NCBI GenBank assembly: GCA_951406725.2
Contig: OX597817.1
Span: 176,204,001 to 176,268,000, forward strand
Reading direction: 5' to 3'
Source: Octopus vulgaris
Taxonomy: Eukaryota
DNA length: 64,000 nucleotides
Of the stretch, positions 53,979 to 64,000 are shown in pieces (the first letter of the stretch is position 1; every line of letters begins with the position of its first letter). The notes under the pieces are model-generated. The model did not search any database, was not told where the DNA came from, and saw only the letters and a program-made list of their open reading frames with translations. The translations under genes were made by a program, and so were the position numbers.

Positions 53979-54522
53979 GCTATATATTTATTATGCATGT
54001 GTATATATGTATGTAAATATAAACACATATATATATGTATATACATAACAATTGAGAGAGAGAGAGAGAAACTGGAATTTATGATCTCATGAATTCCATT
54101 TTCTCTTCCTCTCATTGGTATATACTCAACGGACACTGAGGAATTCCTGGGGGTAGATCCAGTGGCATTTATATCCATATGGCTGATGACATCAAGTAAC
54201 CATAGTCAGTGAAAGTGCTTTAATTGGTATACGACCAAGTGAATAACTAAGTTTTAAATAATTACTTATGTATATACATATAGATATGGATGCATATATA
54301 TATATGCTCTGTCTGGCACCTGTGCGGGTGGCACGTAAAAAGCACCCACTACACTCACGGAGTGGTTGGCGTTAGGAAGGGCATCCAGCCGTAGAAACAC
54401 TGCCAGATTTGACTGGGCCTGATGAAGCCTTCTGGCTTCACAGACCCCAGTAGAACCGTCCAACCCATGCTAGCATGGAAAACGGACGCTAAACGATGAT
54501 GATGATGATGATGATATATACA

Positions 54523-54639
<117 letters not shown>

Positions 54640-55035
54640 TTTTACTCTTTTTACTCTTTTACTTGTTTCAGTCATTTGACTGCGGCCATGCTGGAGCACC
54701 GCCTTTAGTCAAGCAACTCGACCCCGGGACTTATTCTTTTGTAAGCCCAGTACTTATTTTATCGGTCTCTTTTGCTGAACCGCTAAGTAACGAGGACATA
54801 AACACACCAGCATCGGTTGTCAAGCAATGCTAGGGGGACAAATACAGACACACAAATACACACGCATATATATATATACATATATACGACGGGCTTCTTT
54901 CAGTTTCCGTCTACCAAATCCACTCACAAGGCTTTGGTCGGCCCGAGGCTATAGTAGAAGACACTTGCCCATGGTGCCACGCAGTGGGACTGAACCTGGA
55001 ACCATGTGGTTGGTAGACAAGCTACTTACCACACA
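54640..55035 (-). mobile_element. Full-length family C SINE
   Basis: Reverse complement of the 12122-12540 layout. Confidence 0.8.
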
Positions 55036-55116
55036 GATGTATGTATGTATGTATATGTATTTTGTGTATATTTCTGTGTATCTAAATTTGTGCTCATGCA
55101 TATATATATATATATG

Positions 55117-55158
<42 letters not shown>

Positions 55159-55714
55159 TGGATATCCAATTCTGTTTGTGCAGATATATATATATATATA
55201 TATATTTGATGGAATCCTATCTTTACAAAGTACATATATGGTATAAAAAGCATAGCTGCTGGATCTGTTTTGTGTTGCATGCATATGTGAATGTGAGTGT
55301 GTGCGTATATATGTCAATATGTGTGCACGTATGCATGCATGTGTACTATTTACTGTTATCCTTCTCTCTAACACTCTCTCCCCCCTCGTTCCTCTCTTTC
55401 CCCCCTACTTCTCTCTACTACATTCACTGAAATCCTACTGTGTGCCACATAATACAATATTGCTAATATTTTTCAAGACTCTACATTTACATTCTTTTTA
55501 ATCTATCCAGTTTCTTCATTGCCTGAAGGAAACTTTCTTATCTGATGCCAGTCTTCATCTTGAATTAAAAAAATTAAAAATACAAACCCATTTTTTTCTC
55601 CCATTTTTGTTCTTTTTCCTATTTAATTTTTTTTTACCATTATTATTGTTGTTGCACCATTTGTTCTTTTATTTTCATGCATTATTTCTTTGTTTACTTT
55701 TATTTTCACTAACT

Positions 55715-55717
55715 ATT

Positions 55718-55765
<48 letters not shown>

Positions 55766-55908
55766 TTGTTGTTGTTGTTGCTGCTGCCATTGTGTGGATT
55801 TGGTGAACTGTGCGAATATGGTTGCCTGTTGAAGTTCTCCCTATCACCATCACCATCATCATCATAATCATCATCATCATCGTCAATATAATCTTTATTA
55901 CCATCACC

Positions 55909-55942
<34 letters not shown>

Positions 55943-56009
55943 TCATTACCAATATCATCATAATCGTAATTATCATCCTCACCTTTAATTTTATTATTAT
56001 TGTTGCTGT

Positions 56010-56045
<36 letters not shown>

Positions 56046-56170
56046 TATCATCATCATCACGATCATCATCATCATCATCATTGTTATTGTTGTTGTTGTT
56101 GTTGTTGTTATAATTATTACTTTTTTTAGCATCAATGTTACTGTTATTATTATCATCATTGTTGCCATTT
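55715..56170. repeat. Compound trinucleotide microsatellite (TAG/GTT/CAT/CAC/TTA)
   Basis: Directly visible. It produces spurious poly-I/M/V ORFs. Confidence 0.95.
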
Positions 56171-57283
56171 TTATTACATTACCTGTTTAATTGTGTTTAA
56201 AAGCAACATCTTTATAGACTACAAGGTGACAGGTGGTACATCCCATACCACTTCCCCACTGATTTTGCAATGATGTGTGAAACGGCTGTTGATTTTTAAT
56301 CTTCAAAGTAAAAATAACCCCAGCTTAAAAGCTATCATTAATGCAGGACAATGAAAATACGTTGCACTTTAGTCACTACAAAGTGCTATGCATCTACTTA
56401 AATATGTAGGTACCAGTTTAGGGATAAGTAAACAAATGCGTGTGTATGTGTGTGCATGTGCATGTGTCCACACATATGCATATACATAGAAATGCATTTA
56501 TACATATATGTATACATCATGCCTACGTATATACACACACACTTGTGTGTCATGAAAGGTGAATAAAAGAAGTGTCATCAGGGAAAACTTCCAGATGTAA
56601 GACACTGTCTCAAAACATCCCAACCCATGCATAGCAGCATAGGCATGCAGATATAACATTCATGATTATAGTGATGATGATGGTAACGGTAGTGCTGGTG
56701 CTGGTGATGGTGATGGTGCAGCTGATGATGATGACAAAGACTGTTCGATATAAATCTATATCTATAGGGAAGTTTTGTCTAGTGAATGCTTCAAAAAAAG
56801 ATGGGTGAATGTATCAAGGATGGCACGTGTGAATGACAGAGCCAGCTTGAGCATAATCCTATGAACAAAAAGAGAAAAAAAAGAAAAACGAAAGGAAAAA
56901 AGAGACCCACTTACTGTAATATACTTTCTTTTTGCATGACACTATTGCCCAAGGTTCCCATGGTCTTTTCCATAGGCTTTTCTATCCACGGACATACCTA
57001 ATCTGTTTTCTCTTTTTACATTGACATTTCTGTGATACACAATCCCTATTGATTGGCCCCACTTTTTTTTTTCCACGATCCCTTTTGATTGGAATTCGCC
57101 CCCATTTTTTCCTTTTTTTTCCCCTTCTCTTCTTCCCAAAAAGAAAAGCTCTACTTTGTATTTTGTCTCTTTTGTGTTTAACCCTGCATGGCCAATAAAG
57201 AAATCTATCTATCTATCTATATGTATATATATATATTTGTATGTTTATCTGTCTGTCTATCAATCTATCTATCTATCTATCTT

Positions 57284-57343
<60 letters not shown>

Positions 57344-57924
57344 CAAACACACACACACACAAAATATCGTGGGTACTGAAATACATCCAGTGAAAAATTC
57401 AGGTTACGTATAAAGAGAATTTAACCCTTATGAGTATCTTAATAGCCTATGACCTAATCCAAAAATGCCCATGATATATATTTATCAGTGGCATATGGTG
57501 GTTGTTATATTGGGTGTGCTGCCACACCCAATGCCACCAACTTTCAAGCAGGGTTATAACAAATGTTTTCCATTAAGATTTCTGATTAAATTAATGAGTA
57601 AGATTAATATTTATAACGAATTTGCTGTTTTTGATGGGTGTGCAGCGCATACCTAGCACACCTGGAATATACACCCCTGGTTAATAAACACCTTCCCCAG
57701 TGCCTACTGCCTCTTTGATATCTTCACACTTTTCCACCATCTTTTCTCCTCTCCACTGCACCATGTTTCTTACCCACTTATCTCCCCATTTCTGTTCATC
57801 ATACCAGACGTCCATACCCCAACACTACTACTGTATACTGGCATCCTGTTGATTAAGACGATGAGTGTTCCAGTCGATTCAATCAACAGAACAGCCTGCT
57901 CATGAAATTAATATGCAATTGATA

Positions 57925-58320
57925 GGCACAGGAGTGGCTGTGTGGTAAGTAGCTTGCTTACCAACCACATGGTTCCGGGTTCAGCCCCACTGCATAGCAC
58001 CTTGGGCAAGTGTCTTTAACTATAGCCTTGAGCTGACCAAAGCCTTGTGAGTGGATTTGGTAGACAGAAACTGAAAGAAGCCCATCATATATATGTATAT
58101 ATGTGTGTGTGTGTGTATGTTTGTGTGTCTGTGTTTGTCCCCCTAGCATTGCTTGACAACCGATGTTGGTGTGTTTATATCCCTGTAATGTAGCAGTTCG
58201 GCAAAAGATACCAATAGAATAAGTACTGGGCTTACAAAGAATAAGTCCTGGGGTCGATTTTCTCAACTGAAGGCAGTGCTCCAGCATGGCTGCAGTCAAA
58301 TGACTGAAACTAGTAAAGAG
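57925..58320 (+). mobile_element. Full-length family C SINE
   Basis: A/B boxes, CORE-like block, internal TA/TG tract and 3' body as at 12122. Confidence 0.8.
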
Positions 58321-58594
58321 TTAGTGGGTGAGCACTTTTCAAACAAGCATACCCTTAATGTAGTTCTTAGGGAGATTCAGCTTGACACAGAATGTGATAA
58401 GGCTGGCCCTTTGAAATACAAGTACATCTCATTTTTGCCAGCAGAGTGGACTTGAACAATGGGAAATAAAATGTTTTGCTTGAGGACACACTGCATTACT
58501 GGGAATCGAACTCATGACCTTACAACTGTAGCTGAATACCCTAATGACTAAGCCGGGCACATTCACACTACTGTGTAAGGATATGTGCATGTCA

Positions 58595-60350
58595 TGCAGA
58601 TGTCATCTATCTTGACATTTGCAAGGCCTTTAACAAGGTTCACCACAACATTGTATTAAAGAAACTAACATAGGGCTTCAAAGGAAATTATTAAAGTGGA
58701 TTCCAAGTTTTGTGGTGAACTGAATCCAGCATGTGGTGATAGATGGTGTTTGATCAAGCTCAGCAAGAGTTATCAGTTGAGTCCCACAAGGCACTGTATT
58801 GGGCTCACTCTTTTTCATTACTTACATCAATGACATCATTAACATCATCAAACATAACAGTATTAAAATATTTGTGAATGACTCTAAGCTTCTGACGGTC
58901 ATTGACAGGGTAGATAATGGGACTAATCTCCAATCAGATCTGCTTGCTGTTATCCAAAAAATCCAATATGCAGCTAAACAAGAATAAATTCGAAGTAATC
59001 TACTTCAGTAAAGAGACTGCACTTAAATTACCATGCACGCTTCCCTTGAGTGAAAACCTCATGGCATCAAACACCTGGGAGTAATTGTTGACAACTTGAG
59101 CTGGAGTGCCTACATAAACAACAAAGTTGAGATGATTTACACCACGTGCTCCTTGATCCTCAGGACTTTTCAGTCAAGAGATGTTCCTATCATTATCCTT
59201 CTCTTCTCCACCAACAGTATTCAAGGTGACTTCATAAAGGCATTTGATAAGGTAGATCATAGCATGATAAGTCATAAGCTATGAGACCTTGGCATTGCTG
59301 GTAAACTGAGAGAGTAGCTGCATGACTTCCTTAAAAACAGAAGTCAGGTAGTAGCAGCCAATGGTGCCCTTTCTGAAGAAACTTAAATCCTAAGTGGTGT
59401 CCCTCAGGGAACTGTTCTGGGGCCATTACTGTTCATAATAGCCCTCTTAGACATGACCACTGTCACTCAGACAGCCACTATTACTAGCTATGCCAAAGAT
59501 ACAAAATTATCACAGGCAATAAAAAAGCCAGGATAACGTCACAAGCTTACAACAGGACCTAAATTCAATATACTAGTTTAATGTTGAAAAATTTCAAGCA
59601 CTGCACTATCAACTCACGAATACAGTGCAATCTACATATATAGGACCGAAAGGCACTACAGTCCCAGAGTCACAGGCAGTGAAAGACTTGGGGATCATTT
59701 TATATGCACATAAGCAAGATGGCAGCAAAGTGTAGACAACTAGCAGGGTGGATACTGAGATCCTTCAAGACAAGAGACTAAGAAACTATGTTGGTCTTGT
59801 GGAGAACCTTTATTCTCAGCTGCCTGGACTACTGCTCCCACTTATGTTCACCACATAGTGCCAAACTAATAGTGGAGCTTGAAGCAGTCCAACGCCACTA
59901 CACTAAAAAGATTGAAACAGGGCAGCAGATGAGCTACAGGGATAGGCTGAGAAAGAAAACTACAGCTTTACTCACTGAAGTGAAGGTGTGAGAGATATGC
60001 AATAATATACATATGGAAAATCCTAGAAGGGCTACTACCTAACTTTGGCATTGAGTATTATACATATGCCAGAACTGGCTGCTATTGTATTGTACCAAAG
60101 GACCATCCATGCCATCTTAATGCCGGACCAGATACTGCAATAATCATGGGTTCAAAGGCCCACAGCACTTCAATGTGCTGCCACAAGGGTTAAGAAATTT
60201 ACAGATGGTGGAACTAGACATCCTCTTCTCCACAATACTGGATGGACCAACAGCCCAACATGAGATACAGACGAGGGCAGTGGAATCAAACTCCCTTATA
60301 CACCAAATGTACCAACAGCTGGGACAAAGGTACAGGACTGCATGGCTGAA
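58595..60350 (+). pseudogene. Two decayed CR1/L2-type RT fragments
   Basis: Two sets of RT motifs: D(F)xKAFxKV, GVPQGTVLGP, and ADD-like. The second fragment parallels ORF 12..965 (LVLWRTFILSCLDYCSHL, YAIIYIWKILEG). Many stops. Confidence 0.75.
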
Positions 60351-60484
60351 ATGAGTAGAAGAGTATATATATATATATATACATTTATTATTATTTGCAT
60401 GTATACATTTATATAAATGTGCGTGTGTGTGTGTGTGTATGTATATATGTATGTATATGTATGTATGTATATTCACATATATGC

Positions 60485-62373
60485 ATACTGATGCTATATT
60501 CCTGGTAAGGCAGCTGCAGGAGAAATACCTAGCCAAAGATAAGCCCCTGTACCTGGCTTTTGTTGACATGGAGAAAGCCTTCGACAGGGTCCCCCGATCC
60601 CTTATCTGGTGGGCAATGAGGAAACTAGGGATAGATGAATGGTTAGTGAGAGCTGTGCGGGCCATGTATAGGGACGCCGCTAGTAGGGTGAGGGTTGGAA
60701 ATGTGTACAGTGAAGAATTCCGGGTAGAGGTAGGAGTCCACCAAGGCTCAGTACTCAGCCCCCTCCTATTTATCATAGTCCTCCAGGCAATAACGGAGGA
60801 ATTCAAGACAGGATGCCCTTGGGAGCTCCTCTATGCTGATGACCTTGCTCTAATTGCTGAGTCGCTATCAGAACTGGAGGAAAAGTTTCAGGTGTGGAAA
60901 CAAGGATTAGAATCGAAGGGCCTCAGAGTCAATCTAGCTAAAACCAAAGTCGTAATCAGTAGGAAGGTAGACAAATCACAAACACCTTCAGGTAGATGGC
61001 CCTGCTCGATCTGTAGAAAAGGTGTAGGTAGAAACTCTATAAGATGCACCAAGTGTAAGCTATGGACACATAAGAGATGCAGCAATGTCAAAGGAAGGCT
61101 AACTAGGAAGATGGTTTTTGTATGTGGCAGATGCTCAGGAACAATAAACACTGAAAATGCTCTGAGACCAACTTCCGTCACTTTCCAGGGAGAAAAACTA
61201 GAAATAGTTGATAGTTTCCGTTACCTAGGTGACCAAGTCAGCAGCGGGGGCGGGTGTGCTGAAAGTGTAACTGCTAGAGTAAGAATAGCTTGGGCAAAGT
61301 TCAGAGAGCTCTTACCTCTGCTGGTGACAAAAGGCCTCTCGCACAGAGTGAAAGGCAGACTGTATGATGCGTGTGTACGAACAGCCATGCTACATGGCAG
61401 TGAAACATGGGCCGTGACTGCTGAGGATATGCGTAAGCTCGCTAGAAATGAAGCCAGTATGCTCCGATGGATGTGTAATGCCGGTACTCACACTCGGCAG
61501 AGTGTAAGTACCTTGAGAGAAAAGCTGGACCTAAGAAGCATCAGTTGTGGTGTGCAAGAGAGACGTTTGCGCTGGTATGGTCATGTGGCGAGAATGGATG
61601 AAGATAGTTGTGTGAAAAAGTGCCACACCCTAGCGGTTGAGGGAACCTGTGGAAGAGGCAGACCCAGGAAAACCTGGGACGAGGTGGTGAAGCACGACCT
61701 TCGAACTTTAGGTCTCACTGAGGAAATGACTAGAGACCGAGACCTCTGGAAGTGTGCTGTGCGCGAGAAGACCCGGCAGGACAAGTGAGTCCATAACCCG
61801 TGGCCTTCTACATGGGATGGAGCCGGCCTACGTATGCATACCTTCCCTTCTTGGGACACAAAACTCTACTTGTGAAGACGTGTTGAGGCAAGTGAGGATC
61901 AGAATCGAAATCGATCAATGGAAATTGCGGATGTGCTACCAGTGCCGGTGGCATGTCAAAACTCTGCTTGTGAAGACCCGTTGAGGCAAGTGAGGATCAG
62001 AATCGAAATCGATCAATGGAAATCGATCAATGGAAATTGCAGATGTGTTACCAGTGCCGGTGGCATGTAAGAGAACTTTCCGTTTCGCGACCGTTGCCAG
62101 CCTCGCCTGGCCCTCGTGCCGGTGGCACATAGAAAGCACCATCCGTTCGTGGCCGTTTGCCAGCTCTGTCTGGCACCAGTGCGGGTGGCACGTAAAAAGC
62201 ACCCACTACACTCACGGAGTGGTTGGCGTTAGGAAGGGCATCCAGCCGTAGAAACACTGCCAGATTTGACTGGGCCTGATGAAGCCTTCTGGCTTCACAG
62301 ACCCCAGTAGAACCGTCCAACCCATGCTAGCATGGAAAACGGACGCTAAACGATGATGATGATGATGATGATG
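60485..62373 (+). mobile_element. RTE-type LINE, 5'-truncated, open RT ORF
   Basis: Uninterrupted frame TDAIF...FVDMEKAFDRVPR...GVHQGSVLSP...LYADD...PHD-like...FRYLG...RGRPRKTW to the stop at 61788. The 3' UTR has repeats and a (GAT)n tail. The ORF N-terminus (60427-60484) is microsatellite read-through. Confidence 0.92.
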
Positions 62374-62398
62374 ATATACACAGACATACATATATATA

Positions 62399-62503
<105 letters not shown>

Positions 62504-62951
62504 CATACATATATACATATATTTATTCATATGTGTGTATGTGTGTGTGTGTGCATATTTGCATATGTGTAATATCTACATACTTGATAGCATTATTGAT
62601 TTTTTAAAAATATCTTCTGGAATGTTCCTTAAGGCAACATATATTTTCATGTGCGTGTTCTTATTCCTTTCTTATATTCAATTTTGACCTATATATGCAT
62701 ATGCATTGTAAATTGTTAATAGAACTCATCCCAGTCGTCTATGAACTGTTGAAGCACAGTAAAATGGCAAATGGCTTGCATGTAGTTAGGTCAATATCTT
62801 GATTATATGAATTAAGAATATTTGCTCCAGATTTTTAATGAAATGAGGCCTATGTTAAACTATGGTCTCTTTGATTTTTTTTGTTGACGAATTATACAGA
62901 AAGATTTATCCATGTATGTGTGTGTGAATATGTGTGTATGCACACACACAC

Positions 62952-62993
<42 letters not shown>

Positions 62994-64000
62994 CAGGAGC
63001 GTGCACTCTCAGCAATGCAAGGTATGCGCTGCATGCCTTCTTTGTTTCAAAGAAAATACGTCCAGTTGTTTTAGAAATATTGTCTCCACTTCGTACATCT
63101 GCTTTGATAAATGCTTTTAGAAGATCGCATGATACACACTCCCTCTCTGTCTGTATTAGTTTGTCCTTCCTTCCTCTCTCTCTCTCTCTCTATCTTAGTG
63201 ACTCGATAAATTTATCGCTTATCATGCGTTGGGAAGACAGCATGAGTCCCTTCTCTCTGTCTTTGATAGTTTGTCCCTTCTTTCTCTTTCTTTGTTTAAA
63301 AGATATACTACGAGGAATGGTCACCCCCTTCTCTCTCAGTGATTCGACAAATTCAGTTTGGCGTGTCATGCTGTGCTAAAATCGCATTTCACGCCTCTCT
63401 GGCTATTTTGACCGGAACAAAAGCCGTCCCATAATTCTTGTTTTAGCCAGCTGAAATGTTGGAATAGCCTTCGCATGTAAGTTTGAAATTTTTTATCCAA
63501 AACATCCTTTTGCACTATCATATTTTTAGAAAGTTTTGAAAGCAAAAATATCTACATTATATTTCTTATTTCAGAAATAGCTAATTAATCTTAAATTAAT
63601 TTAACAAAGGGTATTTTTCCGTTTTGTTGAAATTGACTTAAAATTTACGCCGGCGCTTCCACGTGGGTCCTTAAATAAGAGCAGCCTTTTTCAAAATGAG
63701 TGAAATGTGTGCTATAAACGATATTTTCAGAACTAGTTTTTCTAAAAGGGACTTCGATTGGAAAAAATTAATTATAAATCGCGGGAGACCAACACCGAAT
63801 TTACCTAATTTGCGAAGCTACAACAAGAAATTCACAAGACAATTTCAGGTTAATTCGTATGAAAAGAAGAAATGGTTAACTGGAAGTGTTGATCTTAATA
63901 AATTATTCTGTTGGCCGTGTTTACTTTTTGGCTTAGAAAAAATGTTTGGAATGATAAAGGCTATGATGATTTAAATAATTTACATGTGGCTATGCTAAAG
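62994..64000 (+). mobile_element. Probable hAT (ZMYM1/TTF-zinc-finger type) transposon, 5' part
   Basis: ORF 63696..63974 has GRPTP...RQFQ..Y...WL......LFCWPCLLF, a ZnF_TTF pattern. The putative left terminus CAGGAGCGTGCAC at 62994 is inferred. Confidence 0.65.

Noticed and set aside
55713-56190. Poly-Ile/Met/Val membrane-like ORFs
   Set aside because: Trinucleotide microsatellite.

Overview
AT-rich, microsatellite-dense eukaryotic repeat DNA, most likely from an octopus/coleoid cephalopod. This is inferred from the SINE and LINE families and the (TA)n/(CA)n/(CAT)n load, not from a database search. No host protein-coding exon, rRNA or true tRNA could be supported. Most short ORFs in the track are translations of microsatellites. 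The window contains a CR1/L2-type LINE 3' end, a near-complete R4/Dong-type RLE retrotransposon in a (TAA)n tract, three RTE-type LINE copies whose RT carries an inserted PHD-type C4HC3 finger, Tc1, mariner, maT and piggyBac-type DNA transposons/MITEs, a probable hAT start, Helitron-like relics and many tRNA-derived SINEs. The most interesting structure is two Penelope-like retroelements: a nearly intact Naiad-type at about 22.4-29.7 kb and a truncated Neptune-type at about 48.4-53.4 kb. Each is wrapped in 1.5-1.8 kb inverted pseudo-LTR arms made largely of microsatellite-like DNA, and each carries a type I hammerhead ribozyme (HHR) found by manual folding. Nine HHR-like motifs of five sequence types occur, including non-canonical cores (a compensatory U3-A8 pair, and an A6U change) and orphan copies in short (TA)n-embedded remnants.
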